64,000 bases of DNA from Deltaproteobacteria bacterium (GTDB lineage Bacteria > Myxococcota > Kuafuiibacteriia > Kuafuiibacteriales > Kuafuiibacteriaceae), in NCBI GenBank assembly GCA_040218735.1, contig JAVJQW010000038.1:192001-256000 (forward strand), written 5' to 3'. The notes under the pieces were generated by a model. It made no database searches, was not told where the DNA came from, and saw only the letters and a program-made list of their open reading frames with translations. Each line of letters starts with the position of its first letter. Position 1 is the stretch's first letter. This document shows, in pieces, positions 1 to 9,799 of the stretch. The position numbers and the translations under genes are program-made.

Positions 1-1196
1 ACGAGATCCGCAAGACGGCGCTGTCGTGTATGCGCGATCCGGAGACGGTCGACATCTCGCGCGACGAGCTGACCGTCGAGAACATCACCAACATCGCGTA
101 CGAGACGGACGACCGGCTGCCGAAGCCGCGGAACCTGTTGTACGTGCTCGAGGTCGAGCAGCCCGAGAACGCGATCATCTTCTGTAACACTCGCGACGAC
201 GCTTCGATCATCGCGGCGTTCCTACGGCGGCAGGGGCACCACGCGTTGTGCCTGTCCGGTGAGCTCGCGCAGCGCGATCGCGAGCGCGTGATGCGGCGGA
301 TGAAGAACCGCGACCTGAAGTACCTCGTCGCGACCGACATCGCGGCGCGCGGCATCGACATCTCGGAGCTGTCGCACGTGGTGAACTACTCGCTGCCGCA
401 GTTCACCGAGGTGTATCTGCACCGCGTCGGCCGCACCGGTCGCATCGGGAAGAAGGGCACCGCGGTGTCGCTCGTGAGCGGGCGCGACGAGATGACGTAC
501 ACGGAGCTCACGCGGAAGTACGGCATCGACTTCGAGAAGAAGGAGCTGCCGGAGTTCGACGAGATCCAGAAGATGCAGGCCGAGCGCGTGGCGGCCGAGC
601 TGCTCGTCGAGGCACGTGACACGGAGATCACGTCGTTCCTGCGGCTCGCGGACCACCTGAAGCAGACCGAGCCGGGCACCGAGGTCATCGCGTACCTGCT
701 CAAGCGGTACTTCTCGTTCCTGGAGGAGAAGCGCCTCAACGAGCCGATCGAGATCGGCGGCGACAAGAGCAAGAGCCGCGACAAGGACCGCAGCGAGCGC
801 AAGCGCAAACGCCGCGATCGCGAAGAGGACGTGGCGCCCGTCGAGGACGACGACGACGGCGATGACGACCGCCCGAAGAAGCGCCGCAAGCGGAAGCGCA
901 AGAGCCGCGACAAGGAAGACGAGCCGATGCCGCCCGCGCCGAGCGGTGACTGGGTGCGCCTGTTCATCAACCGCGGCAGCAGCGACGGCTACGACGAAGG
1001 CAAGCTGCGTTCGCTGATCGACGACGTCAGCGGCAACAACGCGTCGGATGCGATCGGTCGCATCCAGCTGCGTCGCACGCACGCGTTCGCGGAGGTCACG
1101 GAGCAGGTCGCGACCGCGTCGATCGACGCGGCGGAAGAGGGCGTCGAGCGAGAGGAGAAGCCGGTCGCCATCGAGCGCGCGAGGACGCGGGGATGA
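1..1196 (+). CDS. DEAD-box RNA helicase, 5'-truncated by window edge, with DbpA-type C-terminal RNA-binding domain
   Basis: Helicase motifs IV (IIFCNTR), V (ATDIAARGID) and VI (YLHRVGRTGR); charged linker; C-terminal RLFINRG...IGRI...HAFAEV. Frame is open back to the window start. Confidence 0.9.
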   Translation, partial: EIRKTALSCMRDPETVDISRDELTVENITNIAYETDDRLPKPRNLLYVLEVEQPENAIIFCNTRDDASIIAAFLRRQGHHALCLSGELAQRDRERVMRRMKNRDLKYLVATDIAARGIDISELSHVVNYSLPQFTEVYLHRVGRTGRIGKKGTAVSLVSGRDEMTYTELTRKYGIDFEKKELPEFDEIQKMQAERVAAELLVEARDTEITSFLRLADHLKQTEPGTEVIAYLLKRYFSFLEEKRLNEPIEIGGDKSKSRDKDRSERKRKRRDREEDVAPVEDDDDGDDDRPKKRRKRKRKSRDKEDEPMPPAPSGDWVRLFINRGSSDGYDEGKLRSLIDDVSGNNASDAIGRIQLRRTHAFAEVTEQVATASIDAAEEGVEREEKPVAIERARTRG

Positions 1197-1900
1197 AGAA
1201 ACGCGCGAACACGACGTCGCAGCGCATGTCGCGGGCCAAGACGGTCAAGCGCAAGGGCAAGCTGCCGCAGACGGCGACCACCAAGACCGAGCAGGCGATG
1301 GTGGATCGGCTCCAGACCTTGGAGCCGGGTTCGCAGCGGTACTCCGTGCTGGTTTCGGCGATCGAGTTCAAGCGTTCCTGGGTGCAGCTCGCCCGTCACC
1401 TGACGGAGTGTCGGCGCACCAACGCGTTCAAGGAGTGGGGCTATCGAACCTTCGAGGCCTACGCGCAACACGAGTTGCACATCCGTCGCGAGACGGCGCA
1501 GAAGCTCGTGCGTGGGTTCGACTTCCTCGCGTCGCACGAGCGGCCGCTGCTGACGCAGGCGACGGAGTCGCAGGAGGTCACGCAGCTGCCGAGTTATCAG
1601 GCGCTCGACATCCTCGCGGAGGCCCGCCAGAACCCGTACCTCCCCGAGAGTGACTACCAAGAGATCCGCGACCAGGTGTTCCGGGAGGACACGCCGCCGA
1701 ACCAGCTCAAGAAGCTGGTGCGCGAGCGGGCGCCGGAGCCGCCCAAGCAGCAGGACGAAGATCCCACGGCGCGCCTGCGGAAGTGCCTCGCGCTCGCGGA
1801 GCGCCTCTACGGCATGTTGCTCGAGGAAGACGTCCCGGAGGCGGTGAGCCACCCCGTCGAACAGACCATAGGCAGCCTTCGCCGTTTGATCGAAGAGTGA
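1193..1900 (+). CDS. hypothetical helical protein, possibly nucleic-acid binding
   Basis: ATGA overlap with helicase stop; basic N-terminus; motif FKEWGYRTFEAY...EL.I...TA.KL. Confidence 0.75.
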   Translation: MKKRANTTSQRMSRAKTVKRKGKLPQTATTKTEQAMVDRLQTLEPGSQRYSVLVSAIEFKRSWVQLARHLTECRRTNAFKEWGYRTFEAYAQHELHIRRETAQKLVRGFDFLASHERPLLTQATESQEVTQLPSYQALDILAEARQNPYLPESDYQEIRDQVFREDTPPNQLKKLVRERAPEPPKQQDEDPTARLRKCLALAERLYGMLLEEDVPEAVSHPVEQTIGSLRRLIEE

Positions 1901-1905
1901 ACCCG

Positions 1906-3963
1906 ATGCGTCGCTGGCTGGTCGCGCTGTTCACATTGACCGCTTGTGCGGGGCCGCTGAAGTCGTCGATCTCTCCGGCGGATCTGTTGCGGCGGGTCGA
2001 GGACGCCGAGGCACGTCGCGACGCCGCGTCGCCCGCGGTCGCGCGGGCGCTGGGGCGCCAGGAGGAGCGGCTCCGCATCGCGGGGTTGATGACCCTCGCG
2101 CGCACGGAGGCGGTCGGGACGTCCTCGCTCGCGCGGGTGCTCGTCGGGGATCGGGATCCGAAGGTCGCGACGTGGGCGGCGTTCAGCCTCGGGCAGATCG
2201 GTGACGCCGCCGTGACCGCGACGTTGCTCACCGCCGCGGACTCGAAGGCGTCGGTGGTGCCCGATCAGATCTTGCTCGCGTTGGGGCGCGCCGGGACGGC
2301 GACGACCGCGCGGCTGTTGATTCCGCACTTGTCGGACGACAGCGCGCCGGTGCGCGGGGCGGCGGCGCTGGCGATCGGCCTCATCGCGAAGCGCGACCTC
2401 GAGCCGCTCGCGCCCGACCGCTTCGAAGCCGCGCTCGCGCCGCTGCTCAGCGACGCGGATCGCGACGTCCGCTTCGGCGCGACCTACGCGTTGATGCGTT
2501 TGGAGAGCCCGGGCGCCGCGGTGATGTTGATCCGCCTGCTCGCGGACGCCGACCCGGAGATCCGCGCCAACGCCGTCTACGGTCTAGGGCGCGCGCACTC
2601 CGCGCCGCAGGTGCTCGACGCGGTGATGGCGGATCCGGACTGGCGCGTCCGCGTGCAGCTCGCCCGCGCGCTCGGGGAGATCGCCAAACACGACGAGAGC
2701 GACGCACCCGCGGCGTCGATTCGCCTGGGGGCCCTCGGCACGAAGTCGTTCGCGCGGTTCAGGAAGGGCGACCCGCTCGCCTCGGGACGCGCGACGCACG
2801 TGTTGCTCGCGGTGGCGGACGCTGCGGCGCAGTCGCCGAAGTTCGGGCGCAAGGTGCTCGAAGGGCTGGAGAGCGCGCCGTGGTCGATGGACGGGCTCGC
2901 AGAGGCGTCGATCCCCGACGTCGCGCGGGTGCAGTGCCGCGTCGCGTACCACCTCGATCGCATCGACGAGGAGATCAAACGCGTCCGCACCTGCGGGAAG
3001 CCGAGTTACCCCGAGTGGGCGCGACAGGTCATGGTCACTCGGCTCCTCGCGGCCCGCGGTGGGGCGCGGTCGATCCAGTCGCTGGTCAACCTCGCGTCCG
3101 GACAGGACCCCAAGGTTCGCGTCGCCGCGATCCTCGCGCTGGGGACGATCGAAACCCGAGAGGCGACGGAGGCGCTTCGCCCGTTCGTGCGGAGCAACGA
3201 CGCGTACGTTGCGACCGCGACCGCGGAGATCCTCGCGCGGCCGGCGCGCGCCGGTCTGCGGTACGACGGGTTGGTCTCCGACCTGGGGGCGACGTTGGTG
3301 TCGACCATCGAAGACCCGGACTCCTCTCGCGTCGCCCTCGTGCTCGACGCCATCAAGAACCTGGGGTCTGCGGCGGCGCCGCTGTTGGGCACCCTCGAGA
3401 AGCTCGACACGGACCCGCGAATCGCGATCCGTCGGCGGGCGGCCCAGGCGCGGGCGGCGATTACGAATACACCCGTCGCGTTCTCTCCCCTGAAGACCGC
3501 ACCGGCGGCGGCGGGTCCGACGCCGACGCGTCGCGTGCGTCTCGCGTTCGACACCGTGCGCGGAACGGCGGTGATCGAGCTGTTCGGGGACGTGGCGCCC
3601 AACACCACCGCGAACCTCGTCGCGCTCGCGGCCCAGGGCTTCTACACCGACCTCACCTTCCACCGGGTCGTGGCCGACTTCGTCGTGCAGTCGGGTTGTC
3701 CGCGCGGTGATGGGTGGGGGATCGGCGGTTCGGTGATCCGCGACGAGACGTCGCCGCTCCCGTTCGTGCGGGGCGCCGTGGGGATCGCGACGAACGGTCG
3801 AGACACGGGCGGCAGCCAGATCTTCGTCATGCACGCGCACCACCCCCACCTGGAGGGTGGCTACACGTTGGTCGGGCAGGTGTTGGAGGGCATCGAGGTG
3901 ATCGATGCGCTGCAGGAGGACGACCGGATCCTCGGCGTTCGTTTACTCGCTTCCAAACCCTGA
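1906..3963 (+). CDS. lipoprotein with HEAT repeats and C-terminal cyclophilin-type peptidyl-prolyl isomerase
   Basis: Signal/lipobox MRRWLVALFTLTAC; repeated D...VR..AA.ALG HEAT units; cyclophilin motifs APNT..N, FYTDLTFHRVVADFVVQSG, DTGGSQIF, HLEGGYT. Confidence 0.88.
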   Translation: MRRWLVALFTLTACAGPLKSSISPADLLRRVEDAEARRDAASPAVARALGRQEERLRIAGLMTLARTEAVGTSSLARVLVGDRDPKVATWAAFSLGQIGDAAVTATLLTAADSKASVVPDQILLALGRAGTATTARLLIPHLSDDSAPVRGAAALAIGLIAKRDLEPLAPDRFEAALAPLLSDADRDVRFGATYALMRLESPGAAVMLIRLLADADPEIRANAVYGLGRAHSAPQVLDAVMADPDWRVRVQLARALGEIAKHDESDAPAASIRLGALGTKSFARFRKGDPLASGRATHVLLAVADAAAQSPKFGRKVLEGLESAPWSMDGLAEASIPDVARVQCRVAYHLDRIDEEIKRVRTCGKPSYPEWARQVMVTRLLAARGGARSIQSLVNLASGQDPKVRVAAILALGTIETREATEALRPFVRSNDAYVATATAEILARPARAGLRYDGLVSDLGATLVSTIEDPDSSRVALVLDAIKNLGSAAAPLLGTLEKLDTDPRIAIRRRAAQARAAITNTPVAFSPLKTAPAAAGPTPTRRVRLAFDTVRGTAVIELFGDVAPNTTANLVALAAQGFYTDLTFHRVVADFVVQSGCPRGDGWGIGGSVIRDETSPLPFVRGAVGIATNGRDTGGSQIFVMHAHHPHLEGGYTLVGQVLEGIEVIDALQEDDRILGVRLLASKP

Positions 3964-3973
3964 AGCCCGTACG

Positions 3974-6082
3974 ATGTGGTCGGTGGAGCTTACGCCGACG
4001 CTCCGCGCGCACCTCGACGCGCTCGACCCCTACCTCGAAGATCCGACCGTTTCGGAGATCTTGGTGGCCGGGCCGGACCGCGTCTTCGTCACGCAGGACG
4101 GGGCGAGCCGCCCGGTGGAGATCGCCCTCGGCGAGGCGCGCCTGCGGTCGATGGCGGACCGCCTCCTGCGGGCGATGGGCCCCCGCCCGCGCGAGCAGAG
4201 CGCGGTGCAAGTCGGGCGGATCAGCGACGATCTGGAGGTCACGATCATCGGCCCGCCGCGCGGGCAGCGGTGCCCGATGGTGCGTGTCGTTCGCCGCACC
4301 GCGGCGCCGCGCACCCTCGACGATCTGGTGACCTCCAACGAGGCGAACACACGCCTGCGCGGTGTCCCGGAGGCGCGCGCCTCGGTGCTCTTCACCGGCC
4401 CCCACGGCGCGCCGCGGATCGACCTCGTCGTGGCGATGGTGGCCGAGTGGTCCGCGTACGGGCGGGTGCTGGTGCTCGACGCGGAGGACGGGCCGCTCGC
4501 GACGTCCGGGGCGGCGGACCTCGTGCTCGATCCCGAGGTGGGCGGCGGCGCGATTCAGGCCGTCGCGGCGGACGCGGTGGTGGCGTTCGATCCCTCGCCG
4601 ACGACGTGGTCCGATCTGCTCGCCTCGGGCCGCCCCGTGGTGGCGTCGATCGAAGCGCCCGACGGCGAGACCGGACTGATGCGGGTCATGGCGCGCGTGC
4701 TCGCGGGGCGCGCGGAGCTGTCGCGCGCGGCCGCGGAGGCGCTCGTCGAGTCGGCGTTTTCGGTGGTCGTCGAGCTGTCGGCGGCGCCGGGGGCGGCGCC
4801 GGTGCTGCGCATCGGGCGCGCCGCGTTCCGCGGGGACGGGCTCGCGTTCGAGACGCAGTCCTCCGGCCGGCCCGTCCGTGTACCGGACACCACCGATCTC
4901 CCGGCGCCGGCGCACGACGTGATGTCGCCGGCGTCGGCGCCCAACCTCGAGGTCCCCGAGCCCGCGGAGGACGCGGTCCAGGCGGCGATGCTCGACCTCA
5001 TCCCGGAGGACCTCGTCAGCAAGTCCTTCGTGCACGAGCTCGACGATCCGACGGCGGACTCGGTCGACCTCGACACGGGTGACGTCGACGAGACCGCGCG
5101 GGGCGACGCGACGCCCGCGTTCGCGGTGAAGGTGCCGGTCATCGACGTCCCCGACAGCAAGGTGATGACCGACGGCGAGGACCAGACGCAGTTCGCGCCG
5201 GACCCGCAGTCGGACGAGCGCACCACGAACGACCCGGCCGGACCGATGATCGACGGCGAGGTGATGGCCGCGTTCGACGCGGCGGTGGAAGCGGTGGAGG
5301 CCGCCGAGTCGTTGGTCGACGTCGACGCGCTCGAAGAGGAGGAGGACGTCGAGGTCGACGAGGACCCGACCGCGGAGCCCTTCGACGAGATGCAGACCGA
5401 CGACCGGGCGCGGAGCGGGCCGAAGCGCCGCGTCCCGAACGAACGCACGCCGACGGAGATCGGACCGCCCAACGGGAACGAGGGCTCGGCGTGGGCCGCG
5501 AAGGCGTACACGGCGGCGGCCGGGGTCGGGAACGTCGACATCCCGGAGGACGAACACCGCGAGCTGTCGTCGCCATTCGAGCGGTTCGACGACCAGGACA
5601 TCCGCACCTCCGCGCAGGAGCTCGCGCCTTCGCTCGACCCGTTCGATGCGCTGGACGCGCCGACGGGGCACGGTGACATGCGCGCGCTCGCGGAGCGCAC
5701 GCTCGGCGTCGGCGCGCGGATGCCGGCCGGGCTGAAGGAGCCTTCGGTCGACGACGTCTACGACTCGCGGGTGCACGCCGAGGTCGAGGACGTGGGTGCG
5801 CCGCGGTTGGGCTCGGGGTTGGTGGAGGAGTCCGATGAGGAATGGGACGCCGAGGGGCCGTCGCTGATCATCGACGGGCCTCCGTCGCTCGCGCGCCGCG
5901 GTCCGGATCCGGACCACACCCGTACGGGCGCGCTCGGTCCCGACGCCACGGCGCCGGTCCCGAACCGCCCGAGTCGGCGGCCGCGCCAGGGCGGGTCGGA
6001 GCACGGGGCGTCGAACGATCGCGAGGCGCAGGAGGAGCGTCGGCCGGTGCGGCGAAAGCCACCCGGGCGTTCCCTTGACTAG
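3974..6082 (+). CDS. degenerate CpaF/TadA (VirB11-type) ATPase-like protein with long acidic disordered tail
   Basis: N-terminus LDPYLEDPTVSEILVAGPDRVFV is typical of CpaF; the Walker A position reads TGPHGAPRID; D/E/P-rich C-terminal half. Confidence 0.7.
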   Translation: MWSVELTPTLRAHLDALDPYLEDPTVSEILVAGPDRVFVTQDGASRPVEIALGEARLRSMADRLLRAMGPRPREQSAVQVGRISDDLEVTIIGPPRGQRCPMVRVVRRTAAPRTLDDLVTSNEANTRLRGVPEARASVLFTGPHGAPRIDLVVAMVAEWSAYGRVLVLDAEDGPLATSGAADLVLDPEVGGGAIQAVAADAVVAFDPSPTTWSDLLASGRPVVASIEAPDGETGLMRVMARVLAGRAELSRAAAEALVESAFSVVVELSAAPGAAPVLRIGRAAFRGDGLAFETQSSGRPVRVPDTTDLPAPAHDVMSPASAPNLEVPEPAEDAVQAAMLDLIPEDLVSKSFVHELDDPTADSVDLDTGDVDETARGDATPAFAVKVPVIDVPDSKVMTDGEDQTQFAPDPQSDERTTNDPAGPMIDGEVMAAFDAAVEAVEAAESLVDVDALEEEEDVEVDEDPTAEPFDEMQTDDRARSGPKRRVPNERTPTEIGPPNGNEGSAWAAKAYTAAAGVGNVDIPEDEHRELSSPFERFDDQDIRTSAQELAPSLDPFDALDAPTGHGDMRALAERTLGVGARMPAGLKEPSVDDVYDSRVHAEVEDVGAPRLGSGLVEESDEEWDAEGPSLIIDGPPSLARRGPDPDHTRTGALGPDATAPVPNRPSRRPRQGGSEHGASNDREAQEERRPVRRKPPGRSLD

Positions 6083-6115
6083 GGCGCGCTGTCGGCGGAC
6101 GACGACCAGGTTGTC

Positions 6116-6577
6116 ATGGGATCCACCTCCCGAGACGTGGCGCACGATCTGTCGCGGCTGATCCGCGGCGACATCGACGTGCGCGACTTCCCGTGGCTCG
6201 ACGACAAGGAGCGTCGGGCCCTCGGTGCGCTCGGGATGTCGATGATGAAGTCCGGCAAGGCCGACATCGCGAAGGCGGCGTTCGGCGTGCTGATCGATCT
6301 GGAGCCCGACGACGCCGTGCACCGGCTGATGTTCGGGCACGCCTGCGCCCTGTTGAACGAGGTGCAGGACGCGTTCGTCAGCTTCGGCAAGGCCATCGGG
6401 CTCGCCTCGCAGGACGAGGCGCAGCACGAGGTCGCGAGCGAGGCGTTCCTCGCGCGGGGGGATCTGCTCCTGCGGCTGGGGCGCACGGTGGAGGCGCGGG
6501 CGGACCTCGCCGACGCGGCGACGCGGATGGCGGATCCGGTGCGGAAACGGTCGCTCGAAGCCTTCTTGGCGCAGTGA
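6116..6577 (+). CDS. small TPR protein, SycD/LcrH-like chaperone
   Basis: 153 aa; GKADIAKAAFGVLIDLEP and GHACALLNEVQDAFVSFGKA TPR pattern like class II T3SS chaperones. Confidence 0.6.
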   Translation: MGSTSRDVAHDLSRLIRGDIDVRDFPWLDDKERRALGALGMSMMKSGKADIAKAAFGVLIDLEPDDAVHRLMFGHACALLNEVQDAFVSFGKAIGLASQDEAQHEVASEAFLARGDLLLRLGRTVEARADLADAATRMADPVRKRSLEAFLAQ

Positions 6578-6668
6578 AGGAAGATCTTGCGACTTGGTGC
6601 GTACATGTGGTTGTATATCGGAGTGTGGCCTCTATTAAGGAGGCAGCGCGAAGCGACAGGAGGCGACT

Positions 6669-7382
6669 TTGGCGGATAACACGATCGGCAAGGGCCAGCG
6701 GGGTGTGATCCCCGGACTCCCGAACACGAGCGACGTTCGGCCGACGCGGGCCGACGACGCCCAGCAGATCGGGAACGTCGCGCCCCGCGCGATCGACGCG
6801 CAGGAGCTGCCCCGGCACGAAGTGCTCGCGCAGCCGGCCGGTCCGATTCGGAAGCTGGTCGACGAGTCGCTCGCCAAGCTGGGCGACAGCCGCTACGGCG
6901 GCGCCGCCACGAGCACGTTCCAGCTGCTGATCGGGACCCTCGGGGCTTCGGCCGCCCAGGTGAAGTCCTCCGAGATCGCCGATCAGGCCGTCCGTGAGCT
7001 GCGCTCGACGTACGCGAGCATCCTGCGGGGCGCGGCCGACGTCACGCCGGACCGCATCCGGATGATCAAGGACGACGCGCCGGCGCTCATCAAGCTCGCG
7101 GTCCAGGCCATGGACGACGGCAAGAGCTCTGCGCAGGAGATCATCGACGGCGCCCGGAAGATGGGCGAGTCGTTCGCCGAGGTCTTCGCGATGACGCCGC
7201 AGGACCGCAAGGCCTTCATCGCCAAGCGCCGCGAGGACATGGCGACCGAGCGCGCGCAGCTCTCGAAGGGCTCGGTGGCCCTGGAAGCCGCCAAGATCAA
7301 CGCGCTGGACCGCATCGACGCCGTCACGGACATCCTCGCGACCCTCGAAAAGTACGTCGCCTTCCCGCAGATACCCTCGTAA
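6669..7382 (+). CDS. hypothetical helical protein
   Basis: TTG start with AGGAGG Shine-Dalgarno upstream; genome-typical codon usage; no signal peptide. Confidence 0.75.
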   Translation: MADNTIGKGQRGVIPGLPNTSDVRPTRADDAQQIGNVAPRAIDAQELPRHEVLAQPAGPIRKLVDESLAKLGDSRYGGAATSTFQLLIGTLGASAAQVKSSEIADQAVRELRSTYASILRGAADVTPDRIRMIKDDAPALIKLAVQAMDDGKSSAQEIIDGARKMGESFAEVFAMTPQDRKAFIAKRREDMATERAQLSKGSVALEAAKINALDRIDAVTDILATLEKYVAFPQIPS

Positions 7383-7442
7383 CGCATTTCTGGACGAATG
7401 CCCCTCGACACAGCCGGCCCGCTCGGGTGACGTTCCGCGCCC

Positions 7443-8279
7443 GTGGGACGAAGCGCCGATGTCGAAGTCCAGGTGGTCGCCGCGCTCAAGGAGCTGGGGC
7501 TGACCGCAACCGAGGGGAAAGCGTACGTCGCGCTCCTCAAGAACCACCCCGCGACCGGCTATGAGCTGGCGGCGCGCTCGCAGGTGCCGCGCTCCGCGAT
7601 CTACGGCGTCCTGAAGAAGCTCGAGGCCGTGGGCCTCATCAACGCGATCCAGCAAAAGCCCGCGAAGTTCGTGCCGTTGCCCCCCAAGCGGCTCTTGGAG
7701 CTGATGGAGTCGCGCTTTCGGCAGAACCTCGACACCCTGGAGGGGGCGCTGTCGCAGTTCTCGGTGGAGGGCCCGGACACCGTCACGTGGACGTTCGTCG
7801 GGTACGGGCCGATGCTGGAGCAGGCGCGCGCGCTCATCGAGCGGACGGACCGGACGTTGTACGTGTCGGCCTGGCGCCGTGAGATCCTCGCGCTGGAGGC
7901 GCCCCTCAAGGCGGCGGTGGCGAACGGCATCGACGTGGTGGTGTTCTCGTTCAACCGCCTCCCGCAGGGCATCGGGCGGACCTTCTGCTACGACATCCCC
8001 GAGGACGAGCTCGAGGCGTACTGGCCGCACCGGATCATCCTGGTCGGGGATCGCCGACACCTGCTGGTCGGCGGCGCCGAGGCGACCGAGGACAACCGGA
8101 GCGTGGTGACCGAGGAGACGCCGCTGATCGAGGTCGCGGTTTCGAACCTGGTCCTCGACCTCACGCTGTACGGGCAGCGCACGGGCACCGACCTCGGGCC
8201 GGTTATCGAGCGCCTGACCCCGCCGCTGCCCCCGGTGGAGGCGCTGATTCCTCGCGCTTCGGGGTTGACCCCGGCGTGA
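7443..8279 (+). CDS. TrmB family transcriptional regulator
   Basis: LKELGLTATEGKAYVALL...ATGYELAARSQVPRSAIYGVLKKLE winged HTH plus effector domain. Confidence 0.9.
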   Translation: MGRSADVEVQVVAALKELGLTATEGKAYVALLKNHPATGYELAARSQVPRSAIYGVLKKLEAVGLINAIQQKPAKFVPLPPKRLLELMESRFRQNLDTLEGALSQFSVEGPDTVTWTFVGYGPMLEQARALIERTDRTLYVSAWRREILALEAPLKAAVANGIDVVVFSFNRLPQGIGRTFCYDIPEDELEAYWPHRIILVGDRRHLLVGGAEATEDNRSVVTEETPLIEVAVSNLVLDLTLYGQRTGTDLGPVIERLTPPLPPVEALIPRASGLTPA

Positions 8280-8394
8280 TCGCACGCACAAACACCCAGT
8301 GGGCGCCGAGATGCGTCTACAAGGGTGCTAGAGATTGACGCGGCGGCGGCCGGATGATGGTGTGCCCGCCGCCCCAGGGAGGCAGCTAAAACTC

Positions 8395-9711
8395 ATGCAA
8401 CTACGATTCTATGGCCTTCTCCTCACTTCCATGGCTGGTCTGGCCACAGCCTGCGGTAACCCCGCGATCGACCCCAACGCAACGTATGCGGCGGTGGGCA
8501 CGGCGCTGAGCGCGGACGGGACGCCCATGGCGGACGTCGAGGTCCGGATGCTCAAGTACTGGAGCGACAGCCGCCTCCTCGAGCCGACGACCGAGCAGAT
8601 CTTCGCCGACGCACCGCGCGGCGACGACGCGGTGGGTTTCAACATCGAGCTGGTCACCACGACCCGCACGGGCATGGATGGCGCGTTCCGGTTCGAGGTC
8701 CTCGGCGAGGACATCTCGCTGCCGGGCGGGTACTCGACCGCGGACGGTCTGGTGGAGGGCGCCAAGGTCGTCCTCGTGATCCGCGACCCGAACGACACCC
8801 TGAAGCGCTCCGGTATCTACACGTACCAGAAGACCTTCATGCGCGCGGACGCCGAGTGGGGCGCTGGCCAACTGCAGATGTGGGACTCGGCCGCGAGCGC
8901 CGACTTCTCGGACGCGCTGACGACGGGTCTGCTGCGCCTCTCCTGGAACGCGATCGAGCGCGGCTCCTCGCAGGTGAAGAACAAGTACCGCATCTCGGTC
9001 GAGGGGCCGTCCGGCAACACGCCGCGCCTGATCATCCGCTGTAACGAGGGTGACGTGGTCGAGGGGGGCTGCTCCCCCGCGGGCACCGGTCAGCTGGAGC
9101 GCTACCTGTCTGCGTTCTCGGTGTACTCGTTCTATTCGGACGCCAACGGCGACGTCGCCGCGTACATCCAGGCGAACAGCCCGAACTACCGCTTCGTCTC
9201 GCGCTTCACGGTGACCGAGCCGGTGCCGGACATCACCGCCATGCGTGATCCGGTCGGCCTCGAGGGCCTGTGGGCGGTCGGCACGGGCGCGGACCAGGAC
9301 CTCCTCGGGACGCGCGCCGACGACGGCGACCCGAAGACCCGCGAGACGATCAACAACATGGCCACGGCCATCTACGCGGACCTCGAGCTCGCCGAGATCA
9401 CCGACTCGGGCCTCTTGAACTCGCTCGTGAAGAACGCGGAGAACGCGTGCCTCGTCCTGGAGTTCTCGGTCACCAACTTCGCGGACCTGACGGCGGCCAA
9501 GGCGGCCGGCGACGCGATGTGGACCCAGAAGGGCAAGGCCTGCGGCGAGAACGGCGCGCGCAACGAGATGAGCACGCTGGTCAGCTTCGACACCACGGCG
9601 TCGGAGTCGGTCGTGGCGGGCTGGATGCGGATCCGCGCGGTGAACGACGGCGGCGTCGGCACCCCGACCATCGACGAGGTCGGCGAGGTCGCGGTCTACA
9701 CCCTCCCGTAG
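8395..9711 (+). CDS. hypothetical lipoprotein
   Basis: Lipobox LATAC; carboxypeptidase-regulatory-like N-terminal beta domain (GTALSADGTPMADVEV...TGMDGAFRF). Confidence 0.75.
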   Translation: MQLRFYGLLLTSMAGLATACGNPAIDPNATYAAVGTALSADGTPMADVEVRMLKYWSDSRLLEPTTEQIFADAPRGDDAVGFNIELVTTTRTGMDGAFRFEVLGEDISLPGGYSTADGLVEGAKVVLVIRDPNDTLKRSGIYTYQKTFMRADAEWGAGQLQMWDSAASADFSDALTTGLLRLSWNAIERGSSQVKNKYRISVEGPSGNTPRLIIRCNEGDVVEGGCSPAGTGQLERYLSAFSVYSFYSDANGDVAAYIQANSPNYRFVSRFTVTEPVPDITAMRDPVGLEGLWAVGTGADQDLLGTRADDGDPKTRETINNMATAIYADLELAEITDSGLLNSLVKNAENACLVLEFSVTNFADLTAAKAAGDAMWTQKGKACGENGARNEMSTLVSFDTTASESVVAGWMRIRAVNDGGVGTPTIDEVGEVAVYTLP

Positions 9712-9799
9712 AACGCTTGCCTTGTTGATCGACCATCACATTGTCGAGTAGACGGCCGGGGTGGTTGGCCCATCCCGGCCGTCGTCGTCTCTAGGCGGC

